A DNA stretch of 64,000 nt from positions 5,642,001 through 5,706,000 of the forward strand of contig OZ059899.1 of NCBI GenBank assembly GCA_964057225.1. The letters are read 5' to 3'. The translations under genes and the position numbers were made by a program. The number at the start of each line of letters is the position of its first letter. Within the stretch, counting starts at the first letter, position 1. Below the pieces are notes generated by a model. It was not told the origin of the DNA. It saw nothing but the letters and a program-made list of their open reading frames with translations, and did no database searches. The stretch comes from Auanema rhodensis. Its lineage: Eukaryota > Animalia > Nematoda. This document shows, one piece after another, positions 1 to 12,200 of this stretch.

Positions 1-303
1 TAATTAGCTAAACTACATTTTTTTGAAAAAAAAAATTTCTTGTTTTGAATTTTTTTATATTCATAATTATATTTTATAACAGCCTCATATTTGCTAATCG
101 ATGGTTGAAAAGTTCGAACAGGATAAACGTCCCTAGGGGGCGGTCGCTTCATTTGCTTTTACCTCTACCCTCTTCTCTCTTCTCGTTCTACTCATACCAC
201 TTGCCTGCGGAAACTCCAAACGCTATCGCATGCTAATCTCTTGTGTTTTCAGGAAACTCGGATATGAGTTGGATGGTCCATACATGAGCAAGACCCTGGG
301 CTG

Positions 304-3300
304 ATGTCTTTTCTGGTATTCCTCGTCGTATATCTTTCTATTATCTGTTTCGTTACGGCTTCTTCAACCACTAGCCGTCTCGTATTGTCATCATCTACTA
401 CTACTGAACCTTATTCGTCTTTATCATCCATTGTTTCGACAACAGTTTTTCCTTTACAAACAACATCATGGTCTATGGTGCCTGTTGTTGCAACAATAAA
501 TTCTACCAAAGGCAACACTACTGATTCCACAACTGTAGTCATTACAACCTCTAATTCATCAGTTAATGTATCTAATAATCATAATAACCCTGCTACCTAT
601 TGCTCTTCTTGTCTGTCATTACCTGTGGCCTTAGTATTTGCCCTACTCTTTTCTCTAACTATTCTAGTCGGAGTTTTGGGAAATGCTTTTGTTGTCGCAG
701 TTATTGTTTCCGATAAGAAGCTACTCTTCTCATCTGTCAACCAATTTTTGTTAAATTTGGCTCTTGCAGATATAGGTAATTCATGTTATTTGTCTTTATT
801 TCAAACAAGGTTGTGTAAGACAACCCATAATCGTGATAGTTGTAGTAGTAGTAACTATTTTTCTAAGTTTTCGTACCATCACCATTCATTTCTTATCAGG
901 TAATCTGATTTTCTGTGCTCCCGATATGGCCATGGTTCTTTTGGATCATGGGTGGATATTGCCGGAAAGTTCTTGTCACTATTTACGTTTTCTACAAGAA
1001 TATTTCCTCTATGCTAGTGTGCTTTTGCAGGTCAGTATCGTTAATTCTGTGCGAATTTTCTGAAAATTTCCTAAATTCCTAAATTTCTACCAATTGTTTT
1101 TTTGTTTGTTGTTATTGTTGTTGGTCATATTGGTTGTATGTTATATATTTTATATATCAATCGTATTTTCCATGATTTCCATTTGGCGACAAATTAATAC
1201 ATTTGATATTACATCGATATAACAGAATTATCAAGAAAAACATGAAATCAAACTTAAGTATGAGTTGATTTGCTTGTTGACACATTAAAATTCCATGGTC
1301 GTTTGTGCTTGATCCGACTTATTGCGTGGGAATTTTTAATTGAAGGTAGAGATAGCTCTGCAAACATTTTTGTGGAGCAAAGATGATGAAAAGATATTAA
1401 AATTTTTCTTGATTTTTTCCGAAGGGATAATCAAACGACAAATGACATCTACATTTTAGATGTCAATCGGTATAGAACGTTTCTTGGCAATATGTACTCC
1501 TCTTCGAATGCAACGCTTTTCAACGAAAACTACCGTAAGTGTATTATTCTCGAATTATGTATTGAAATTCACTGATCTAAAATCTTACTAATATATCCAC
1601 AAAAGTATTGACTACATACATATTCAACTATTCTTGTTCAATATCCTGAATTCCAGCTGATTGTTGTTCTGAGCATGTGGTCGATAGCTGCTGCATTTGC
1701 AACACCCTATTTCATCTCTCAGGGAATCATCAGAGTTCCGCGGACAAATCAGAAATACTGCATTTGGAGAGGAATATCGGCTTCAACCAGGTAAATAGAA
1801 AGGACATAATTCCTTATTTAGATTTTCTTTTGACATCATGTCTTTTGAAAACATATGATGATGAGAGCGTCATATATATCTAAGGTTTCTATACTCAAAA
1901 GGGATAGCGTAGATTCTGCCATACTCCCGAATTTAAGCATGTTCTAGGCATGCACTCCTTGTATATGAAATATAAGTTTGATTCAAGCAAATCTTCTCGC
2001 ACGAAAAAGTTAATGGAAACGAAAGGCTACTCGAAGCCTACTAGTTGATTAGAACCAAGATTTTTCTTTTTCCGAATCGTTTCCAAATTGTTTATGTGGC
2101 AGTTTGGGTTCTTTTATGGTATCCTAGCACTCTTTTCGATTTTGCTCAATTTAATTTGGCTGACGAACACAAGTGATCAAAATCGATGGTCCTTGATCAA
2201 CCTTGCAGAAATTGTGAAGGGATGAGTGAAAGTGTTGGTAAGGTGCAACAGAAGTCTTAATCAAGAATGCACTATAAGGCACTGATGCATTTGTCTCTCC
2301 AATCTAAAGTTTTAATAAGAGAAGTTGTGTTTGTGATTGACTAGGACAAAATTCGATCGGTTCGTTTTCAATCCTTTGGCTTTGTGTTTGTGCAGAAGAA
2401 TGTCAGAAGATAGACGAGATCTTATAGATACATACATCTATGTATGTTTATCTTAGAAAACCTAGTCAATTTCATGCCCTTTGCCGGGTTTTAAACTAAA
2501 CTATAGATGTATTCATTATATCGAAAATTTGATCTATTCATATCATCATACCTTATACGTCCATCTGCTCTTTTCATTCTGTTTATTCATTTCTGATGGC
2601 AAATTTTATCCTTTTTTCCATCAAAAAAAGAAAATGAGCATTCGATGATTCAGTCTTTCATAACGGATTCAAAAAATGATGAGAATGAAGAGAAGATTTA
2701 ATGGGAATCATCTAAATTCTAAGCAAGAAAGCTTGAAAGGGTTTCGAATTCTATCCGTTAAAGCTGTAATGTGATTCATTTCAAACAACCTGAACTTCTT
2801 TCTTTTTAATGCTGTTATTCAACAATTTTTCCCCCTTTTTCAACTTAAAAAATTCACAAGATTTTTAATCATTATAGCTTTAGCTGTTTTCAGAGGGTGT
2901 GTCAACAAAAGTCTCTTTCCCTCGTTTCCCTCGACTTCTCGTTTTCTCTCTCGTTTTCTTTCACTCTTTTGCTCTTTTTTAATATCTTTTCGTTTTCTTC
3001 AGCAGCATGAGTTGCCTGGAATTCTACCCTTTTTCTCCTTCAAGCAGCTTCAATGTTAAAAATGTTGAACATGAGGCAATTTGGAATAAAATGAAGCATA
3101 TTTGAAAACGAAGGTCAAACAAATTAATTGTCTGGATCAGTCTATCAATGAAATACAAGAAACTTTCTCAATTTATTTTTATTTCTGTCCAGCTGTCTCT
3201 GAAGAAATACATATATAGTAAATGATTTGAAAGTTGACATGTGCTTTTCCAACATCACGAATGAATGAATCGGTGCTAGATTTTGAACTTTTTTTGGAGC

Positions 3301-6300
3301 TTCAAATAATTATATTCGACTAAGAAAGTATATTATATTATATTTATATAATATATTAGACTAACAAGCATTGATTCTCTTAGTCAGAAAGCAATATGTT
3401 GCAGTCAACTAATAGCCAAGTGAAAAATATACTTAATATGATGCTTTGTTTTTCGCTTCATATCATTCTCCACACATTTCTATTTGGCATTTTCGGAGTT
3501 GAGTGAGAAAATGAAGAAATCAAGTAAAACACAACTGGGCTCTTGAGTCTTTTCTATCAAAATATAAGTTGGAAACGTCATCACTCTAAGTATTCTGTTG
3601 CTTACTTAACATAATAACCGTTTCAAATATTACTTTATCCACACAAAGACGTACACATATCCAGAATGTTAAAATAAGAAATGATTGACAAATTCATATC
3701 AATCACTATGGATATTCAACTAACAGACATTTCAAAAGAACACAAATGACATTGAAGAAGAGCAGCTTCTCCCCCCACCACCCGTTCCTTATTCTTTGCT
3801 TTAAACTTCCTTATCGACTATTGAAAAAGAAGTGTATATACGAATACAAACACTTACTGAATTACATACACGGTTGAAAAGAAACTCAGAAAAAAATAAA
3901 ACTGCGATTTTCGTAATAACGAAATTTTTTTGTTTGCCTTGACAATGGAAATATTTCTCAGTCAAATTAAGATATGAAAATAAAGTTGTGAAAAAATAAA
4001 AGGAAAATGACTACTATAACAAGTTGTTTCAGAGTACTTTTCAAATGGGCTGAATTCATTGTTTTATATGCTGCTCCATTATTACTTTTAACTGTTTTAT
4101 ATACAGTTATGGGAAGAGTATTATGGGGACAATCAGATACAATAGCTAATGAAACTCAACAGGTAATAATAAAAATTTATTTAAATTATAATTATTTAAC
4201 TTTATTTATAATAATTAATTATTATATATTTAGGTTGCTATATTAAAATTACGTCGATCAGTTGTAAAAATGCTTATAATATCGATGTTATTATACTTTT
4301 TATTTTATACTCCAATACAAGGTAAATAGATATTTTCATTTGTTTTTCTTATTTCTATTTATACAAATATATATATATATATGAATAAGTATAAAAAGAT
4401 TTAAATATATATATGTTATTTTAATTTTCAATAACTATTATAATAAATTAATCTTTTCTCACTTTTAGAACAAAAAAAAAAGTTTTGGTTAATACTCTTT
4501 TCTTTAGGACTTTTTGTCATGGAGACCGTGTTCATGAGAACAGTGCATATGCCATCATGGCTCCGACTTCTTCTTAATGCTTTATCCGTCATGAGGTATA
4601 TCCTAGTTTTACGAAACAATAAAAAAAATCTTCTTGTGACTGGCTTACGGTGAAAGCCGTTTAACGTGCTTTTAAGGGCTCATAGGTTTTCTCATTTTTA
4701 AAATCTTTTTATTTTCAGCTCGTCGGCCAATCCAATCGTTTACATCATGTGTTGCCGGCATTTCCATTCTCGTTTTATGGCAATGACAAGGTAATTCATA
4801 GATACATGACTATCTCTCTTTCTTTTTACAGAGTTCATGTTTTTTTAATTTTTTTTTCAAAAAGGTGATACATATAATAGTGTGAGAGGGAGTCGAGCAA
4901 GAAAAAGAATATTTTATAATTAGACTAACTAAAACTAAAATATTTGATTAAATCTTTTTTTTTCTTTCATATCATTAACTTAATGGCAAAGCTATGCCTA
5001 TTAACCTTTAATGCTCTTTATAATGTCCGTGGAGTATTTTAAACTTGATATACATCTCATTCTATTTCCCTATATAGCACACAAAAGATCTTCCCGGTTT
5101 CCGTTAAAAGCTTGATATAATTTTCATCCTGCAGGGTGAAGCTTGACGGATGGCTTAACTTTATGAGTTAATGATCTGACGCAGCTTCACAAAGTTTCGT
5201 CATCAACTGCATAGCTAATTAAGTCTAAACAATTAAAAAATATGCGAATTGGTGACCACAGTGAGCTGAAAAGAAAAAAAAAGGCGTGAAAGGGAGAGGG
5301 TATAGAATAGCAAAAGGGATCTTTATTTATATGAATTTTATAGATTTTTCTCAGTTCCATAAATAGAATTAACAAAATTTTGAAGAAAAAAATATATATA
5401 GAACATATGTTCATTTTCATATAAAGAAAATTTGTTTAGAACTGCTTCAAAATTAGGTTTTTTCTAGTATTTGATAAATAAGGAAAACAGGGAAGTGATT
5501 GGATAAAACAAACGAATTGCTATATTACATCATTTTGAAATCTATAGGGAAAACTATTCTATTACATTTGTACTATTATTTTATTTATGTGTTCGTGAGA
5601 GCTATCTTCGTAATATAATTTTATGTAAGGTTTTGCTTCAGCACATGAAACAAATCTCGTTGAATCGGTCTGCAGCAAAGGCAGAAACAGCTCAATTGTT
5701 TTGACTATCAGCTTTATGTTGAACCATCCATCTGATCCATTTTTGGCTTTATTTAGTAGAAATGTCTATTATATTATGCAAGAAATTCAACATATCAAAT
5801 ATTTCCTGTATAATAGAAGTACATGATCGTTTAAAAGGTGAAAAGTTCATGTATTACATGTGTGTAGTATGTATATTAGCTTCGGATATGAAATAAGTGT
5901 ACATACACACATAAGATATGTGTTTGCAATAGAATGCACATACAGATTTACTAGATAATTCTTTTAACATAACTTTGCTTTACTATTTGTATATATATAT
6001 ATATATTTATATATATACATATGTATAAACTTTACTTATTTTTGAGATGCTTGAAAGACAACCATGAGCATTTTCTATCCATTGCCTTCGAACATATGTT
6101 TAAAGTCCCATCTATGCAGTGATAGACAATGAGATGTAAGCTGCGAAAACACAGGAAAAGCAATAAAAATTTGGTATAATAGCTATAGAAGTTGTCAATA
6201 TATGTACATAGAGCAAACAACTGTTTAGACATACTATTTATAACAAAAATCTTAGATGAAATGGAGGGAGTGAAAAAGAGGGAACTTAAATAATATTTAT

Positions 6301-8338
6301 ATTTGCATTTAAACTATTACTTTTAACTATATTTTCTAGAATATATGAAAAAAAAGATTTATAATTATCTAATAATTTAAATCTGTAATAGCTAAGTCTT
6401 GTAGTTTTATCGGATAACTATGAATTATTATCTTAGGATTTATAGATTTGTCAGTTTTTCTGGTGGTTTTTATTGTTTTAACTTCGATTGACTAAGAAAA
6501 AGCTACAAGAATTGTGTGGAAATTAGTAAAAAATAGAAATCTAAAACTCAACTAGTAGAAATAAGAATTATATATATATAGTATAAAGACTATTCTTTTT
6601 TTTTCTTTTAATTATATAGAAAAGAAAATATATGTACGAAATTTTCCTTCATTTTTTATTTTTAAAAATCATAGAAACAGGAGAAAAGCGATTGTTCTTC
6701 TTCAATTTATTCACCCTCTCAAGGAATTATTTAGAAAAGTAGAATAATATCTTAATTCGTAAATTTTTGAATTAAAAAAAAAACATTTTTTTCGTACAAA
6801 ATAAATTAAAAATCGAATTAAATTCATATATGAAGCATTGTTAGATTTTCAAACTCTAGTCCTCCTCCTCCCTAATCCTATTAGAGAGTACTTATGCTTT
6901 TTACTCTGATTATACTACGAATAAGAAAATTAAAAAGAACATAAATAAAAAACAATTGGAACTATTGTTTTGTATTAAACCGTAGACCATCAAAGAATTT
7001 GTATTTTTTATATTTTAATCTAATTTTTGGGTTATTTCTCTTCAAATTTCAAGTTGTGATAAATATTCTTTGAGAATTAACATAACCAATTTTAAAATTT
7101 CATTTGAAATACATATTTCGATGATATTTTGATTTCTGTCCATTTTTGAAATTCATATATACTATATTGTGAATAAAGAAAATATTGAATGTTAGACAGG
7201 ATATTTGCGTAGGAGGAAATAAGAGTGACACATGAAAAGCTGTAAGCTTTATTTTTCGTTTGTTTTCAGTAGATTTCTAAAAGTTATTGTTTCCGAACAC
7301 TTAATCCCAGACCATAGAGATTAACGGAAGTATTTTATAATCATATATTTATGCTAAGATCAACATATTATACATATATTTATATATACATACATATATA
7401 TATATGTATATAGTTAGAATAATGACAATAAGTTCAATTAAATATAAATCTAATTATTATTAATTAATTAATATAATTTATAAAAAATTACATTATTCTT
7501 AATATATAAGGTAAAATTATTTTAACCTTAAAATCAATTAAGTAGTTCTAGAATCATACTTTTGATATTATTTTCGTTAAAATGTCTTCTTCTTATAATT
7601 TGACAAATCCTTCGTAAATCCTACTGAAAAAAGTATTATATTAGAATGTTTCTATGAAATTTAGAAAGTTTTCTGCTTCAAAACTATTTAATGAATTTCC
7701 TTCTTTTGTCCTTGTCACTAAAATATTTTAATATACGAAAGCATAATTTAACTAAATATTTGAATGTGAAAATTTAATTGAAGACGAGTTGAAAAAAATT
7801 TAAAAAACAAAGAAATTGTCTTTTTGGAAACAAATCATCATAATAGTTAAATTTAACTAATTTTATATGTATACTCATTCAAGTTTATATGATATAAGCT
7901 TAATCGAAAAAAGTATTTCTATATAAAGTTTAATCTTTGTTCAATTTTCAGAATAACATTTACAATAAAGTAATTATCACTATATTGCAATATCCCTTGT
8001 GTTTTTAAACTTTTTTTTCATTTGCATCAAACAGAATATGTGATTTACATGAACTCTTGATCAAACAACTAAAAAAATGTTCAATCTATGAACTTTAAAT
8101 ATAAAATGAGGAGAAAAAGACATTAAAAACCTTAAGATATTGATTTTTTAAATCATTTTTTTTCAGGGGCTGTTGTTCAATCTTCCGGTCTTGTCTGAAG
8201 AGACCATATTCAGGAAAATATTCCTGTGTTGAAGCAGATATATCGTGTTCGAATAATCGTTTCAGTCGCTCACCATATGTATCATTTCGGAAATCAGAGA
8301 AACGTGTTCCACAACAGCAGCATGTTACTTTGCTATAG
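304..8338 (+). CDS. Rhodopsin-like (class A) neuropeptide GPCR, 9 exons, with signal peptide and Ser/Thr-rich N-terminus
   Basis: Exons ~304-775, 900-1030, 1460-1534, 1657-1790, 4033-4162, 4234-4321, 4508-4596, 4719-4790 and 8167-8338 splice in frame via GT-AG. Motifs: TM1 GVLGN, TM2 NLALAD, TM3 IERFLAIC (DRY-like), TM4 W, TM6 FYTP, TM7 SSANPIVY. The tail has GCC and ends at TAG 8336-8338. Confidence 0.9.
5136..5190. ncRNA. Candidate pre-miRNA-like hairpin in GPCR intron 8
   Basis: GTGAAGCT...AGCTTCAC perfect 8-bp outer stem. Pairing continues through CGGAT/ATCTG and TTAACT/AGTTAA to a short loop. 55 nt long; no known mature miRNA recognised. Confidence 0.3.
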
Positions 8339-8669
8339 ATTACTGCCTTCAAGATTACTGCCCATTTCTTTCCAATTCAACTTAACTATTTGGGAAATTT
8401 TCATTTGTTTTCCTTTAATTTTAATTTTAATAATATTGAACATCATTTACATATATCTTTCTTAGAAACAATGAAATTATGCCGGGTCAGTTATATTATT
8501 TTACTGAAGCTCTATCAATGTTAATGAGGGCTATAGGCGTGAAAGGAGCAAAACAATATTTTTTCATTAAAAAAATGTTTATTTAATGCTGTATGGTATG
8601 ATTCACATATACATACCATGCATAAAATTAAAGGCTAATATATAGTTTTGCAATTTTCTCATTTTGCTT

Positions 8670-8732
8670 CCTCTCCCTCTCTCTCTCTCTCTTTAATTAT
8701 TTTTTATTTATATTTTTCTTCAATTCTTGTGA

Positions 8733-8784
<52 letters not shown>

Positions 8785-8810
8785 CCCTCTCTTTTTCCCT
8801 CTCTCTCTCC
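8670..8810. repeat. (CT)n/pyrimidine-rich microsatellite cluster
   Basis: Long CTCTCT runs; they explain the spurious ORFs 8648..8836 and 8704..8886. Confidence 0.9.
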
Positions 8811-9574
8811 ATTCTATAGCCTCTTTATGTTTATAAAGGGCATGGATGACAGTGCTGCCATCACGAAGTGTGCGTGAAATCATCACACGTAGTTCATTGT
8901 TTTCCTGTGGAAAAAAAGAACTCTGCTCATTTGAAGCAGCTTTAACAGTTATTTAACCTTTGAATCTCTCATAATAATTTTCTAATTGACTGGGCATATT
9001 TTTTGGAAACGTTTCTGTCACTTACATTCTATTATGTTTTTTCTCAAATATGTAATAAGCTTTGTAATAGAGCATTTCAATTCAAATATATCTTTTATAT
9101 TGTCTGAAAATTACGGGAACAGTTAATTATGTGATTTATAACAATATTTAACCTTTTTGTTTCAATTGAAATGTCCCAATTTTCCGATCAATGTGCCTTA
9201 TTAATGAATTTTAATATTTATAATCAGTGATAGCACAATCATCATATATATTAATAACTAATATTTAATATATTTAATCTTATTTTAATTTTTTTTTGTA
9301 TTAATATTATTATAGAAATCTTTTTCTTTTTCAAATTCAAATTTATAATCAGAAAAACAAAGAATTGTTACCCAATTTTAAAAGGAATTTATGTTGTTTG
9401 ACTTTTGTTTGCTATGTGATACAATCAACGAATAAATATTTAATTTGTCTTCGATTATATTGCGGTTTGATGAGAAATAACATCTCTAGATAGTCACGGG
9501 AAATAAAATAAACTTTTTTTATGTGACAATACAGCTTGAGGCACTATCTATCTTTTTTTTTTTTGTTTCAAATA

Positions 9575-10630
9575 TCATTTCAACAACAAAATACCCATTT
9601 TATGAGCTTGTTCCTGAAATTTTTATAGAATTGTACTCAATCAAAAATGGAATTCATAACTTACCAAACTTTCTTTTTCTATTAAAGATTTGATATTTGT
9701 CATTTCATCTGTTGATAAATCAAAGGATTCAATTGTATTCAGCATCTGCAATATGTGAATCTTAGTCATTCCCGATTAGATGTATGTGGCTTGTTTTACG
9801 TCCCGTAGGATAAGTCACATTATGGTTCTATTTAACAACAATAAAGTCGCAAGGAACGGTTGGATGGGTGTAGATTTAGAATATTTCTTTGAGAAAAAAA
9901 ACTTACAGAAGTAATTTTTTCATTGTTTTTCATCTTGATGAATGTTTTGTCACAGATTAAAGCAACCAAGGTTTCGTAAAACTGACGCATCTGCAAAAAA
10001 ATAAAAAATGCTCAAGCAATAGTCTATAAGAAGATCATTGATCTATTATAGTAAAACTATGAAATTATATTTTAAATATACTTTACCTTAACAGTAATAT
10101 CTGGGTATTGCATTCTAGCATTTAGCCAAACAACAAAACTGACTAACTGGTTAATGAGATCGATAACTTTTTGCTGAAAAAAAAAAATGAGAAATTTATA
10201 ATTATTATATATTTTAATAACTAAAAGTACCTGTTTCAATTCCTCTTTTATATTGTTTTTAGCCAATTCTGTTAATCTATCTAAAGCATCCTGCTTATCT
10301 CTCCAACTATATAATAGAGTCTCCAAAATCTAAACGAAAATTCATAAAGAAACAAAAAAAAAAGTTCAAAGTTTGAATAAATGCTTGAATGAAATGATTA
10401 CATAAGATATTTGCTCAATTTGTTCTTCACTCAGATCCGAATATTCAATTGGAATATTAGCAGGTACAATTTCAGATTGTTCATTTGTTGAAATTGATGT
10501 TGATTCAAATGGATATGCTTTAAAATATTGAAACAATGAAAGATATAAAGTAATTTTATTTTTGAAAAATACCTGTTACAGTGGACTGTATGCTATATAG
10601 TAAACAGATGTTGAATAGTAACAGATACAT
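9575..10630 (-). CDS. Secreted ~190 aa alpha-helical protein, probable divergent FAR (fatty-acid/retinol-binding)-like; 7 exons
   Basis: Spliced: MYLLLFNICLLYSIQSTVT|AYPFES...IPIEYSDLSEEQIEQISY|ILETLLYSWRDKQDALDRLTELAK...|QKVIDLINQL...|MRQFYETLVALI...|MLNTIESFDLSTDEMTNIK...|EQAHKMGILLLK*. All introns are GT-AG and in frame, and there is a signal peptide. The FAR call rests on size and the Y..LSEE / LS.DE..(I/L)K patterns only. Confidence 0.75.
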
Positions 10631-10948
10631 TTTTGAATGACAGTTGAACAGTGGAAAGGATAAAAAGAGTTCCGGTTCTGTTTTGAAAGAAAATAATATT
10701 GACAATTACTTTGAAAATTCTATGGAAAACGAAGCGAGAAGATCAATCATTCGTAGTAGCATTATCTCGAAAAATTTTGTTTTATAGAAGTAAAAGAATC
10801 CTTTTTTTTTTGGAAAACAACACTAACGTTTTAACAGAAATCTCTGTCCTTTCAAAGGTAACTGTAAACCAATCCTAAATAAACCAGGTGGTTAGATCAA
10901 AAATGAAAGATAATAAAATCATCAAAGCTAGAAATTATATTATTACTA

Positions 10949-10986
<38 letters not shown>

Positions 10987-12200
10987 CATATATATTCATA
11001 TATATCTAGAAAAATAAATATAATAATCATTTAATACTAAAATATCCCATGAAAACTATTTTCATCTTCTTTTATCTAATCGAATTTTCATAATCTTGGA
11101 TGCTTTCAAGAGGATCACTAAGCTCCAGTTTACAACAGACAATTTTCATAAAAAATAAAAAATATTTTAATTTTTCTCATATTTTATACGGTATAGCATA
11201 TCAGAAACTACCATGCATTGTCGTTTTTTTTTGTTCAGAAAACTGAGTAAACCCAGAAGAAAAACAAAAATTGTACTCAGAAAGAACTCCCAAATAACTC
11301 TAAAATTGATGTGCGATGAAATACAAAAATACTGCTAAATAAAACTTTAAACAATCAATAGTTTAGCTCAATGGTACGATGACAAGGCCTTGTTTGTAAT
11401 CGACTCTTTTCAACATTTGGTTGCCAAGAAAAAAGGTTTTTATCAATATAGAAGGCATTGCTTACGAATGTTTCACTGTTCTATGTAAAATTTAGTCACG
11501 AGAAAAAAAGAAGATGTTTTGTAAGCTAACGAAACAAAGACAATTCATACAATCTAATTTAACAGTTTTCTGTTTTGTTTATTGAAAAATGAAAACAATT
11601 TTTTTAAAGCAGACTATAATCATCCTGATAAATAACTAAACCCTTCTTAAAACAGAAGGCATAACTAAAACAAACTCTAAAGAATGATGCTAACAAAGTG
11701 ATTTTAACCATCGCCAATTTAATTTAATTCAGAAACCGAAAAATCCTTCACTCCACGTAAATTCCCACGCTAACAAGAATTTGAAAATATAATCCGACGC
11801 ACTGATCACGTTTTACGTGAGATTAAGTCTTCAATTCCCATGTAACCAAAAATCATTTTATTGCAATCACTCATCAGAGCGGTTGCATTAATTTAGTTGT
11901 TAAAATTTTATAAAGTGAAAAAACAATTTTTGAAGCTATCACGATTAATATATCTTTATTTTTCAATATACATGATCTTAATTCTATTTATACATATATG
12001 ATAAAAACAAGATTCTTTTTGGAACGGATGGTAAAAAACAGTGAAATGTGCTCATACATACAGAACTGGAAGTTGAGACCCGTGGGGTACAACACATGAT
12101 GGATATAACTCATGACCAGAAAAGAGGTAATTAATGACAAAAGAATGATGATGTGCTTACTTAGGAATATCAGAATATTTCGGAAAAACAATTAGGTAGA

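Noticed and set aside
1925-1942. CCCGAATTTAAGCAT resembles the 5' end of 28S rRNA
   Set aside because: The match is only ~13 nt and the flanks show no rRNA similarity.
4648-4662. ACGGT-GAAA-GCCGT GNRA hairpin in GPCR intron 7 (ribozyme?)
   Set aside because: No hammerhead CTGAnGA core or other ribozyme motifs nearby; a 5-bp stem is expected by chance.
8648-8886. ORFs with SLSLSL / RERERE repeats
   Set aside because: These are translations of a (CT)n microsatellite.
11361-11430. TAGCTCAATGGTA, a tRNA A-box/D-arm-like sequence
   Set aside because: No D-stem closure, no GTTCRA B-box and no acceptor stem.
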